Assembly (NCBI RefSeq): GCF_006345805.1
Contig: NW_021836835.1
Span: forward strand, 1 to 64,000
DNA: 64,000 nucleotides
Direction of reading: 5' to 3'
Source of the DNA: Octopus sinensis
Lineage: Eukaryota
This document shows, piece after piece, positions 1 to 12,523 of this stretch (the stretch's first letter is position 1; each line of letters opens with the position of its first letter). Below the pieces are notes generated by a model. The model made no database searches. It saw nothing but the letters and a program-made list of their open reading frames with translations, and was not told the origin of the DNA. The position numbers and the translations under genes are program-made.

Positions 1-499
1 TCAAATTCTGCCGAGGTTGCTTTACCTTTCATCTTTTCCGAGTCGATAAAACAAGTACTAATGAGTACTAATCGATGTAATTTAGTAAGCCCCTCTCCAC
101 TAAATCTCTGAAGCTTTATGCTTATAGTTGAAAAGATTATTATATTATTGTTCTGTTCGTTATTCGAGACATATTGCACACACTCACTCCCATTAGACTT
201 ATGTGTTTTTCATATTGTTACATATTGGACAAATTATATATTGGACATTTGTTATTGTTACAGAGATAAAGTAACGGGGACCTTAGGGAGTTGGTTAGTG
301 TTGTTTTCTCCATCTGTAATCCTAAGGGGCAAATTGGATCTGGTTTAGTAAACTCTCCCTTCAGATTTTGTTTCAAAAAGAAAGATGGTGGACGAAGATT
401 ATTCGTCCGCTGTAAAGAACAGCCACTTCTCCGCAGATCAGAACAGCCAAATTGTAAATGTCAGAGACTGCAGCAGCAGTGACAATAACAAGTGCAACA

Positions 500-505
500 T
501 CACTA

Positions 506-561
<56 letters not shown>

Positions 562-583
562 ATACTACTACTACTATTACTTA

Positions 584-625
<42 letters not shown>

Positions 626-672
626 CATCATCAGTTACTATTTGTTGGGAAGTAGTAGTAGTAGCAGTAGTA
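500..672 (+). repeat. (CTA)n and (TAG)n microsatellites flanking a 31-bp core shared with 28889-28919
   Basis: Direct reading; source of the poly-L/T/S ORFs. Confidence 0.9.
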
Positions 673-1194
673 GAGATCGGAAAGAAAGAACTCATTCAAT
701 TGCCTACAATTTGTAGTGTGATGAAGAATGAATTTTCAGTATTGGCGACTCGAAAAGACGAAGATTTTCGGCGCCGACGCAGTGAAAAACCATGCTTGAA
801 GATAGCCAGGTTCGGAAAGAAAGCAATATGCAGACACATAAGATATATATATTTACTTGATTTCCATTCAGTGACTCTACATCTTCTCCATTTCTCAGTT
901 TTACATTTTGTTTATCACAATTTCTATCTCTTTCCTTCTCTCTTTCTCTCTCTCCATCTCGAGCTTCCTTTGTTTTCCTCTTCTTCCCTCACACTCTCCA
1001 CCTGTTTCCAACATTCTTAAAGTCTTCTATTTGCTTTGTTTTAAAGCCTAATTAGGGTAACTTTAACAGCACATTGATAAAAGAAGACTCTGCTCAGATA
1101 TATTTCCTCCGAACAGAGGATCTAATTGAATTACAGAACTTAATTCGCAATGGATAATATGGTCGTGTATTGAATATTAATGATTGAGCACACA

Positions 1195-1510
1195 ACAACA
1201 ACAATAATAATATAATAATAATAATAATATTAGTAGTCGCAGCTCCCTGTCCCTAGGGTATGCGCTGTGGTTGTTGTAGTTCTCTGTATTGAAAGTGTTT
1301 TACGTAGGATGTGTGCAGTGCCTAGTGGTGCTATTTTCTGTATTTTATATATACTTGTAAGTCCTGGTGATTTTGTTATTCATTTTTCTGAATCTTTTTC
1401 TTTATCATACCTAATGCGCCGACAATAACAGGAATTGTTTCTGTTTTTAGGCTCCATATTCGAGCCTCTATTTCCTCTATTTCCTGATGTTTGTATTTTA
1501 AGAGTTAGAA
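1195..1510 (-). mobile_element. 3' end of an R4/Dong-like (RLE) non-LTR retrotransposon
   Basis: Minus-strand translation ...RIWSLKTETIPVIVGALGMIKK... with frameshifted C-terminus, ending in an (ATT)n tail. Confidence 0.75.
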
Positions 1511-1671
1511 AGCATATACATATGTAATATATATTGTATATACATATGTATATATATATATATATTATACTACATATATGATATATTATATATATATATA
1601 TATATATAATATTGCATATATAATATATATATAGATATATTATATATATGATATATCTATATATATATATA

Positions 1672-1708
<37 letters not shown>

Positions 1709-2242
1709 TAATAAAATATTAGGGAATAAATCCAACTTACAGAGAAAAATCAGTTTTTCTTTGTATGATTTGCCTAATAGTGGTTTACTCTAATTAATAT
1801 AATATATATATATATATCTTTATATATATGCATGATATTTTATATACATTCTGGTATATTAATATGTGTGTCTGTGTGTGTTTGCGTGTCTGTGTGTGCT
1901 CGCGAGTATATATCTGTGTGTATGTGTACGTGTCTAACTCTGCATTCAAGGTAATTTACTAATCACATTATGTATGTGTAGATATGACATTACGGATACG
2001 TTGTGTATTTGATCTCTATTTGCGAATTCATACGTAACTGGGAGGGAAATCCGTATTTCTTTCGGGAAGTATATTAGTAGCCGTACGCACTGTTAAGATA
2101 CAGGTGTACTAACCCCGACTCTACCTTGGTGCCTTTGTTATTGAGCACTTTTGGATCCTGAAAATTTCATAATATTACATTAAATCATGTATAACATATT
2201 TGACATGCATACATGCATACATACATATATGCATACATACAT

Positions 2243-2564
2243 GGGGTACTGCGTCGGTTGCGACGACGAGGGTCCCTGCTGATACTATCAACGAAACAGC
2301 TTTGCTCGTGAAATTAACGTGCAAATGGCTGAGCACTCCACAAACACGTGTACCCTTAACGTAGTTCTCGTGGGGATTCAACGTGACACAAAGTGTGACA
2401 AGGCTGACCCTTCGAAATGCAGGTACTACTCATTTTTGCCAGCTGAGTGGACTGGAGCAACGTGAAATAAAGTGTCTTGCTCAAGGACACAACGCGCCGC
2501 CGGGATTTGAACTCACGACTATACGATCATGAGCCGAATACCCCTAACCACTAATCCACGCGCC
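2243..2564 (-). mobile_element. tRNA-derived SINE, family A
   Basis: Head ggcgcgtggattagtggttagggg...gtgagttcaaatcc; body shared with 18580-18897. Confidence 0.85.
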
Positions 2565-3095
2565 ATACATACATACACACATGAATATAAAAATACCATG
2601 TTGTTGATGTTGAAATTCCAATGAAGGAGAATTGGGTCTAGGTTAGAAACCACCTCTTTCTCTCTTGGCCAGAAATCTTGAATTACATACTTACAATGTA
2701 TTACAATGACACACATACTTACACACTCACACATACACACATATAGGTATGTATGTATGTATGTGTGTGCGTGTATGTATGTATGTATTACGTATATATA
2801 TATGTGTGTGCGTGTGTGTGTGTGTGTTTGTGTGTGTGTGAGTGAGGTGAGTATATAGTTCAAATTTACAGAAAATAAAAGACCGAGACAGGTGAGAAAA
2901 CGACGAGCAGGTGTATTAGTTCAAGACGAATGGAAAAGTCTTTGTCGACGTAGTTCGATAGAAAGGATCGAAAGGAATGGAGAGACGGAAAACGGTGGAG
3001 GGAACAAAATGTGTGCAAGTGTCTTCTGCTATATCCCCGGGCCGACCAATGCCTTGTGAGTGGATTTGGTAGACGGAAACTGAAAGAAGCTTGTC

Positions 3096-3184
<89 letters not shown>

Positions 3185-4711
3185 TGTGTGTGTGGTTGTG
3201 TGTCTGTGTTTGTCCCCCTAGCATTGCTTGACAACCGATGCTGGTGTGTTTACGTCCCCGTCACTTAGCGGTTCGGCAAAAGAGACCGATAGAATAAGTA
3301 CTGGGCTTACAAATAAGCCCCGGGGTCGATTTGCTCGACTAAAGGCGGTGCTCCAGCATGGCCGCGGTCAAATGACTGAAACAAGTAAAAGAGAGAACTG
3401 AAGAGAGATACGTACACAACCATACACACAGGCACCCATACACGCACATTAGCAAACACACACACATACATATGTATGTGTGCGTTTACTAATGTGTGTG
3501 TATGGGTGTGAATGTATGTAACAATTAATATATATATATTTGTGGCAAATAATTACCGATTTAGCCGTCTAGTTTACATTTTGGTCCGGAGAAGCGAGAG
3601 TCTGTATCCCCAGCTTTCGCAGTCCCTTTGTGTTTTTATTTGAGTAAACTTAAATCCGCTAACATCACCACGTGATTGCGTTGTGCTGCGAGAACCCGGG
3701 CCAGATGCGTGATTTGATTCTATACTTTGTCATTTTTGCCCTCAAGTACTTACACAATACATATAAACCAAAGCCATTGGTTTCTCCATTTCTGATTGAA
3801 CGGGTAAAAAGTCGTCCTGCGTGGGATGGAACTCGATATTGCAAGCGAGAATCGTGACCGATCTCTACATTTGACTGACTCGGAACCAAGTTTCAACATT
3901 TAATTTGTTGCTTTGTTGTATATAATTAGATATACATTCATATAAACGTCGCCATTATTATCCGGGTAGATATGTTGATATGTCTTGGTCACGAAAGCCG
4001 AGCATATTAGCTTTGAATTCATTAGGTGATGGAGTATTCAATCTAGTTCAGCAAACTGATAACAGTAGGAGAGAAAGTGTATGTATGTGTGTGTGTGTGA
4101 GTGTGCGTGCTTGTGTCTGCTTTTATGCGTATGTGCTTGCATGTGTGTATGTGTATGTGGTGTTAGCAGAGTGATTTCGAGAAAACTACATCCAACTACG
4201 TGACATCTGATATCACATTAACGCCATCAATCAAAGCTACTCCAAGCTATACACCGTGTCTGCATGTATTTTACATATTCATATTATTTCTCTTAATATA
4301 AACAATATTTATAGAGAAACTGAAAGTGAAAATAAAATGAAAAATAACAAAAATCAAAAGGAAAATCCAGACAAATTGTTTAACACGAGACATTCGATAA
4401 TACTCCGTTTGATCTCAGTCTGCAATCAACGTAGCAAATTATTTAGTCTTTCAGCATAATTCACCTTCTATAATCGTGAACCTTCATGAAAAGTGTTACT
4501 ATTAACGTTAACATTATTGTTGTTGTCGCTATCATTATTAGTTGTAGCAGTCAAGATGGCGAGCGGGAAAGAAAACCAGCTTAATGGCGTTTCAGAGTTC
4601 AACTTTCAATATGAGCGACTCTTACATCTTACATCATTTCGGGGTCGATGACTTAAAGTACCAGTTGAGCACTGGGGTAACCGTAATCCACTAGTCCTCC
4701 TCCCACCAAAC

Positions 4712-4861
4712 TTCAAACCTTGTGCTTATACTGTTTTACTCTTTTACTTGTAAGCCTAGTACTTCTTCTATCGGTCTCTTTTGCGGAACCGCTAAGTTAC
4801 GGGGATGTAAACACACTAGCATCGGTTGTCAAGCGATATTGGGGGGACAAACACAGACATA

Positions 4862-4896
<35 letters not shown>

Positions 4897-5092
4897 CACA
4901 CATACATATACATATATACATATATACGACGGACTTCTTTCAGTTTCGGTCTACCAAATCCACTCACAAGGCTTTGTTCGGCCCGAGGCTATAGTAGAAG
5001 ACACTTGCACCAAGGTGCCACGCAATGGGACTGAACTCGGAACCATGCGGGTCGTAAGCAAGCTACTTACCACACAGCCACCCCTGAGCCTA
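4712..5092 (-). mobile_element. SINE family B with an internal (TA)n/(TG)n microsatellite. Other copies: ~3011-3390(+), 7740-7870(-), 31845-32260(-), 41462-41845(+), 51548-51865(-), 62090-62540(-)
   Basis: Recurrent head (a)taggc..aggagtggctgtgtggtaag...gggttcagtccc, body ggaaactgaaagaagcccgtcgtata, microsatellite, then tgtctgtgtttgtcccc...gactgaaaca. Confidence 0.85.
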
Positions 5093-5119
5093 TAGTAGAA
5101 ATCATTATTATTTCTTGTA

Positions 5120-6000
5120 TTTCTCCAAATGTCTTGTGCAAAGGCCTTGTGTAAATTCGCAAGGGAACTTGGGAACGACGGTGAATTAGAGGAAGAAACT
5201 CTAACCACTGCCACCGAACGATCAAAACGGATCAAGCCGGTTGCACAAAGGAACAGGCAGAAACAAATTGACGAGCGGTGGAGCCAGAAGCCCCTGCATG
5301 GACAGTATATTCTTCGAAGTTGAAATGCTGATGTAGACCAAGCAACAAGCCATCAGTGCCTGAGACGTTCAGGATTGAAAGCAGAGACTGAAGGTTTTAT
5401 ATTGGCGGCACAAGATAGAAGGTTGCTTACCAAAAAACTATAAGGCTAACTGTCTTCAAAACGGTTCTAACCCTAAATGTATATTCTGCGACGCATTTGA
5501 CGAAATAGTAGACCATCTCGTTTTGGGGATGTCTTATACGGACAACAAAGGAGAACAAAAATCGCCACGACAGGGCAGGACAATATTTACGTAGGAAAAT
5601 ATATAAGCACAACAAAGTCGGCATTCCTGCTTACTGGCGATGACCAGCATCCTGAGCCAGTCACTGAAGTAAAAATGTCACTATCCTCTGGGATTTTCCA
5701 GTCAACACGGACAGAACGATCCAGGCTCATCGACCAGACATCATTATTAAAGCTAGGGAAGGAAATACTTCTAGACTAATAGATGTAAGTGTTCCTACTG
5801 ATAAACTATATCTGTAAATTGAAAAGAAAATGGAAATTGAAATTTTTAAAAAATGTGGCATCTTAAAGCAAGAACTGTTCCTGTTATTGTGGGTGCCCTA
5901 GGTATGATAAGAAGGGGATGTCAGAAACATCTAGACCATATCCCAGAAGATCTATGTCTCAGAGAAATGCAAAAGATTGTGCTGACAAGCGTTGCTCCCA
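5120..6000 (+). mobile_element. Decayed R4/Dong-like LINE, C-terminal zinc finger plus restriction-like endonuclease region
   Basis: WSQKPLHGQY, SGLKAETEGFILAAQD, TILWDFPVNTDRTIQAHRPDIII, VPVIVGALGMI, MQKIVLT motifs across frames, with stops and frameshifts. Confidence 0.85.
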
Positions 6001-6028
6001 AAGGGTTCAAGCATACAAACATACGCAT

Positions 6029-6062
<34 letters not shown>

Positions 6063-6246
6063 CTTTTCCCTTAGAAAAATGCTATCAGTTTGTCTGTGTT
6101 GTACTACATAACGTTATTTCGCTATTGCCCTGGTGACTTCCCCTCCGCAAGTTTTCTGTCATACTGTAACATCTCTTATTTTTCACTCACCCCAGGACGC
6201 TGGGTGTGCTGGGTGTGATTATGATTAAAATAACAACAACAATAAA

Positions 6247-6280
<34 letters not shown>

Positions 6281-6329
6281 TAATAATAATAATAAAATAA
6301 TAATAATAATAATAATAATAATATAATAA

Positions 6330-6885
6330 TTTGCCTTGTGGCTCTCATGGCTTCGAATCTTAAATGGATGGAGATGTTATCACGTACATTGTTTTGTGTT
6401 GGTATAAAAGATGGGCTACCAAATATTCTGCTCAATACCACAGATTTGCTTGTCAGTTGTCTGACCTTAACCAGTTGAGCATGTTCCTTAGTGGCTGACG
6501 ATACGTGCATCTCTGATCACGAGCAGAAGTAGTGGGGGAGCATCATAGCCATGTGTTGAGAGGGATTCTTTGGGGTTTGAATAATTCACTTCTGGAAACA
6601 TGGGTGGTTCTTTCAACATCCTTAAACAACCCTTATTCAGGGACCTTTCGAGCGGGATGGGCTACTCGACCTGAAGAAAATTCTAACTGGGCCCCACCTG
6701 CAAGGTCATGTGCTGTTTATCTTCATATGAGATCACCATATCGCGCACATATGGTTGTGATGCATGTGCCTGGTGTACCTTTATCAGACGGGTAGTCATG
6801 ATGGGTATATTGGGCTTCGTATATTTTACCCCAGTGTCACTTTGATGGCATGAACTGCTCTCTCACTCAATAATAATAATAATAA
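6330..6885 (+). repeat. Interspersed repeat with an (AAT)n tail, probably a retroposon 3' region; partial second copy at ~21140-21300
   Basis: Shared caataccacagatttgcttgtcagttg...gcatctctgatcacgagcag...gggggagcatcatagccatgtgttgagag...tttggggtttgaataa between the two loci. Confidence 0.6.
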
Positions 6886-7161
6886 TAATAAAAATTAATT
6901 AATTGATTGATTAATAAATTAATTAATTGGCTTCAACGGATGCAAAAGCATTTAGGTCAATCCAAAGAGAAGGACTATGGGCATTTATTTAAATACGTGT
7001 AAACAATAGAGAGGCATAATCAGTCTCATCTTTTTCCAGGCATAATAGAGACACATCTCTGGTTATTGAAGTATTCCTGAAGTGCCCATTCATATATTGT
7101 TCTACACACTTTGGTAAAGCGAAAACTAATTGCTTCTGTTGTTTTTCTGAATCTTTTCCAG

Positions 7162-7216
7162 ATGATCTTATCGCCGATGATTTGTTACAAGGCGACTACG
7201 AAGGTTTGGATAAAAG
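7162..7216 (+). CDS. Internal coding exon (acidic propeptide) of an agatoxin-like/knottin peptide precursor: (x)DLIADDLLQGDYEGLDK(R)
   Basis: Pyrimidine-rich acceptor gtttttctgaatcttttccag, 55-nt open exon with phase-1 start and phase-2 end, donor AG|gtaaga. Its AG plus the first G of the next exon makes Arg, giving a KR dibasic site. Confidence 0.8.
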
Positions 7217-7698
7217 GTAAGACCTATATTCATGGAATTGTGTCGGGGGAATATAAATGTTGTTAATTTTATTGTTTTCTCCCTTGGAGAGGAATTATTC
7301 AAGAAGGTTTATCGTTAAAATTTGCTGGCGGCCAACTATAAACACATTGTTGGTGAGTCAGCGGTGGTGTATGGAGATTTGGAACGGATCTTCTTGGAAA
7401 CCTATTAAATCTTCATCAAATAAGACGGGTTTCATTTAGAAATCAGGCATTGGATAACGTAGCTATTCAATGTGTGTTATTCTGTGTACCTGTATGCGTG
7501 TGCGCGCGAATGTGTGTGCGCGTGTATGTGTGCGTGTAATGATACACGCTTATGTGTGTGCGTGTGTGTGCGTGTGTATGTGTGTGTGTGTGTGTGTAAG
7601 ACATTCATTTGTAAATAGTTAGTGCGTACTATCTTAGAGTTAAGAGAAGTCGTCTTCTATACAGTAATTCTTATATACATACACACGTGCGCACACGC

Positions 7699-7739
<41 letters not shown>

Positions 7740-8197
7740 ACGGGATTCTTTCAGTTTCCATCAATTAAATACACTCACTTGGTCGGTCCGAGACTGCTGT
7801 AGAAGGCATTCGCCCACGGTGGCACGCAGTGGAATTGAGAAGAGATCTTCTTACCACACAGCCGCGCTTGTACACACACACACACACACACACACAGACA
7901 CACACATACATATATATATATATACATACATCTATAAGTATGTAAATGCGTCTATATGTATATATGTGTGTGCGTACGTGTGTGTGTCTGAGTTTGTCTG
8001 TGTGAATGTAAGTGTGTGTGTACCTCTATATAAAAACACCGATTAATTTACGTACGCACATTAAAACTAATTGATAATTCCATTAGAATGATGGTTTTCA
8101 ACATCATAACTACATAAACCTATCTGTTCTTGTGTTCTTATCTATTTCTCTCATCTGATTTTATTGTATTTTTTGTTTATACTTTGTTTTTTTACAG

Positions 8198-8269
8198 GGA
8201 TTCTTCTGATGTAGATCGTCGTGCTGTTCGTTATGATAAATTGAGCCGATTTTTACGAATCAATAACCG
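8198..8269 (+). CDS. Internal coding exon of the same precursor: (R)DSSDVDRRAVRYDKLSRFLRINN(R)
   Basis: Acceptor ctttgtttttttacag, 72 nt, phase 2-2, donor CG|gtaagc. In frame with both neighbouring exons; contains an RR site. Confidence 0.85.
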
Positions 8270-9014
8270 GTAAGCATTTCACATAATTTTCCCCTCGAAT
8301 GAACGATAAAATATTGAATATGTTTAAAAAAGAGAACGTTGCCCACTATCACCACCACACGCTCTTTCTCTTCCTAAACTACTCTTTCTCTTTCTCATCA
8401 TTTATTATCGACAAGTTTTAATTGTATTAAGCACGATGATGGACGTTCCTTATGTAGAGATCCTCCATTAATGCTTTTAAGAACATCAGAAATCAAAAAA
8501 AAATCACGCGCTATCATCCGTGTCTTCATTATGTTTTTTGGAAGTATTGCCAAGGTTCGTCTTACCATGCATTAATCACCGGATCCTGACAAAACGGTGT
8601 TTAATCCATATGCGATGAGGTTCCGTTGTAAGTACAGTCAAAGAGACATGCCTCGCAAGAGACTTACAAGAAGCATCAATATATATGCAATTTGAATTTC
8701 GTTTCAGTCGAGTCGTTCATATATTCATATATGCGTTTATCTTTTAGCTTTAAATGTGTTCCCTTATCTTTCTCTTGTCAGCTTCAATTTTATTTATTTG
8801 TAAATAACAATTAGCTTTATAATATATATACTTATAAAAATACATATATACATATATTTGTATATATAACGGAAGGCTTTATGAAAATAAACAAAAGACG
8901 AAGGCAGGTGGAATACAAACAAACAATTGTATTAGTATGGCGCTCAGGAATATAAATAAAACAAGTCTTTTATTTGTATATATACTTATATATATATATA
9001 ATATATATGTATTG

Positions 9015-9338
9015 AAGGCGCATGGCTCAGTGGTTATAGCGTCGAGCTTACGATCGTGAGGTTGTGAGCTCGAATCCCGGACCGGGTGCGTGTTGTGTTC
9101 TTGAGCATGGCACTTATTTCACGTTGCTCCAGTTCACTCAGCTGTAGAAATGAGTTGCGACGTCACAGGTGCCAGCTGTATCGACCTTTGTCTTTCCTGG
9201 ATACTGGTGGCGTGGAGAGGGGAGGCTGGTATGCATGGGCGACTGCTGGTCTTCCATAAACACCCTTGCCCGGACTTGTGTCTGGGAGGGTAACTTCTGT
9301 GCAATCCCATGGTCATTCGTGACCGAAGGGGGTCTTTT
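9015..9338 (+). mobile_element. tRNA-derived SINE, family A-like
   Basis: ggcgcatggctcagtggttatagcg...gtgagctcgaatcccgg head, with the shared gttgctccagt...cagctgtagaaatgag core. Confidence 0.85.
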
Positions 9339-9425
9339 AATATATATGTAATTATATATATATATATATGTATACATATATATCTATAATTATATATATA
9401 CCTAAATATATACTTCTACATATAT

Positions 9426-9617
9426 AACAAGTAGAATGATAAATTTTATTCAACGCGTAGATACTGAACAGTATATATTTATAAAGGATAAAATCCTTTT
9501 TTAAAAGCGGAAAATTTGTCGGCTGGCGAAAATTCTTCTGCTTTTAAAAGATTTTATCCCTTATTTATATACTGTTCAGTATCTACGCGTTGAATGAAAT
9601 GTATCTTCCTACTTGTT
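9426..9617. repeat. Fold-back palindrome (~85-bp arms) within the knottin gene intron
   Basis: aacaagtag...ttcaacgcgtagatactgaacagtatata...ggataaaatc versus gattttatccc...tatatactgttcagtatctacgcgttgaa...ctacttgtt. Confidence 0.9.
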
Positions 9618-11929
9618 TTACAATACATTTCAACGCTTCGAAAACAAACTTGTTTGCTTACATACGACGTAATTTATATATATATATATATATTATAATA
9701 TATAATATATATATGTGTGTGTGTGTGTTGTGTGTGTGTGTGTGTGTGTGTGGTATATAACGGTCGAGGAAAGCAATAAATAGAAACATGAAGAAACACC
9801 CTAACAAAGGCGTTACTAGTATAAAGTTTGAGAAGAAATGGAATCTCTCCTTAACGTTTCGGACACTATTCGTTCGTCAGGAAAAAGAAAATGGTGGAAA
9901 GTTGGTGGAAAGGTGTAAAAGAAAGGTGTAGAGTGCAAGTAGCGGATAAAAGTCCACAGCTTGGCCGTAGTCAGTAGGGAGAGTGAGGAGTATTAGTAAG
10001 AATGAAACGAGAAAGAAGACGAAGAAGATTATAGATCATAAGGGACTGGCTGCAGTGTAGAGAGTCAGAAAAAACTTGAGAGAACAACAAAATTACATAT
10101 CATGAATGAGAAAAAACAAGAAAGAACACAACAGTTTCTAGTGATATCTTTTGTTCTCGCGTGCGCTTATACCTCTTCGTATCTGCTTATGTATATAATT
10201 ATCCATATTTCGCTATATTCTGAGATTTTCAACTATGGTTATATCCTTTCGATGTTCATATTTGGTTCTATACTTGCCTATTCATCTTTGTATGATTGTT
10301 ATTCAGTTTTGATGATAATTCTCAATCGCTGGTTATATTCTTAGATCTTCAGCTTTTTTTTCATATTCTTTGTTGTTTAGCTTCGCTTATATTGTGTGGT
10401 TTATGTTTATTTATTCTCCGAATTCCTTATCTTTGTTTCAATCCATCAATATTTCATATTTATTTGTGTTCTTGGTTCATCATCTTTGGCTCTGTTATTC
10501 ATAATAGTTTCTTATAGTTTTGGTTCTTCAGATTTGTCTTGACACTTCGTTGTTTAATATTTTGCTAGATTGTCAGTTTTTTCATCGAAGGATAGTTATT
10601 CGTATTTGGTTTTGGTTTTGTTCACTTATGTTATATTTTATACACATTTTTACATATTTAGTATTATATTGTTCTTTCATATTTGATAATATCAGCCGTT
10701 TGTTTAAGATTATCTTCCTTGATTTTTTTTTTATATATCTTCTTATTCTTTGATATCAATGAATAGTTATATACTCGGCTTTTTCATCTTCGAATACATT
10801 AACAGTACTTCACCTTTGATAATATTGTCATTCCTGAACTTTAAATTTATTCTATTTTCTTCACCTTCATACTTTTTGTTGCAGTCTACTTCGGTCGTCT
10901 AGTGTGATCGTCTGTTTATCTAGTGTGATCGTCAGTCTACTTCGGTCGTCTGCTGTGATCGTCTTCCTCTGTGGGACAACAGTTTATATTTTGATGTCGG
11001 TTTCGATATTTGTTTCTCTATTTATGTTTCTTACTATATTCAGCAATCAGATTTTGTTTACCGATTTTATCTTACTTCGCTATGCTTCGATGCGCTCGTC
11101 ATCGGTTATTAAATTCTTCTAACTTTATCAGGATGTGTATTTTATTGCGTTTTTGATATATATCTAGATTTCAACTTCGTTCCCTATTTTTCATTATCTA
11201 ACCGAATTTTATATTTTTATCTTTGGTTAAATATCTTGTTAAGTTTCATGTTCTCGCATCTTTCTTGAAAATATTGAAGTAACTCGGAGATTTTTATTAA
11301 AACAAATTGAATATTGTACATACCCGACTTTCTGGCACCCGCTCAAAATATTAGCTTCAAATTTTAGCACAAGGCCAGCAGTTTTACGAGAGGGCGTAAG
11401 TAGAATGCATTGACCGCAGTGTTCAGCTGGTACTTATTTTATCAACTCTGAACGATGAGAGGTAAAGTGGACCTGGGCGGAATTAGAACCCAGAGCGTAA
11501 GGACGGAGGAAATGCCAAGCATTTTGCCTGGCGCGTTAATGGTTCTGCCAGTTAGCAGCCCTTGGAATACTGATTTCTCTGAACATTTTGAACTGAACAA
11601 AATTTAGTGTTTAATTGAAATATTCCAATCTGGGTCTCAATAATGACAAAATGGCGGGTTTTGTCAATCTTCCAATATGTGGAATAATGAATGTATGTAA
11701 TTAGATGTGAAAAAATTTACTTTTATATATAGACACCTTCATCAAAGAACATGGATGCCATTTGGTAAATAGAACAAGCTAATTAGTTAATTGCTTGATG
11801 AATAATTACTTAACTCTGATGTAAACAACATTCTACATTACTTCACTGATTGAGCTAAACATGAAACTACTAGCACACACACGTGCACGCGCAATCACAC
11901 ACCACACACACACACGCACACACACACAT

Positions 11930-12057
<128 letters not shown>

Positions 12058-12098
12058 CATATATATATATATATATATAATATATATATATATATATT

Positions 12099-12130
<32 letters not shown>

Positions 12131-12523
12131 GACGATGCTGGCAAATGAAAGAACATGGCATTCAACACATTTCATAGAGTTACATGTATTATTTAATAAC
12201 AATTTCCCTCGATTCCACGCAGTATCATGAGTTACCTCGTTGCTCATATTGCCAGGCAGTAGAACTGTAAAAAAAAAAAAGAAATGTTTTCAAAGCAGCT
12301 TCTTAACCACACAGCTTTGTCGTGCCTAAAATAATTATACTTATAAGACTTGTACTGCAACCATTCATTCATCGTATCTAGAAGTTGTCATTCTGCGGTT
12401 GCTCTCCTAAAATTTTACTCGCCGAAAACTTTCTGTAAATTAATAATAATTGAGTTGGTAAGATGTTATTGTCCTGTAAAGATGTTTCAACAACAAGATT
12501 ATTATCAGTTCAAATATGTCTGC

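Noticed and set aside
385-1020. 211-aa ORF with poly-Leu, plus overlapping poly-Thr/Ser ORFs
   Set aside because: Produced by the (CTA)n microsatellite; no domain, no splice support.
2243-2564. tRNA genes at SINE heads (also 9015, 17879, 18580)
   Set aside because: Only A/B-box-like heads are present, with no complete cloverleaf; they continue into shared SINE bodies.
3672-3857. MRDLILYFVIFALK as the signal-peptide exon
   Set aside because: The hydrophobic stretch is short and no phase-1 consensus donor follows.
7040-7113. Open phase-1 segment just upstream of the first knottin exon as a possible signal exon
   Set aside because: No in-frame ATG, would need a ~49-nt intron, and the donor (G|gtaaag) and signal character are weak.
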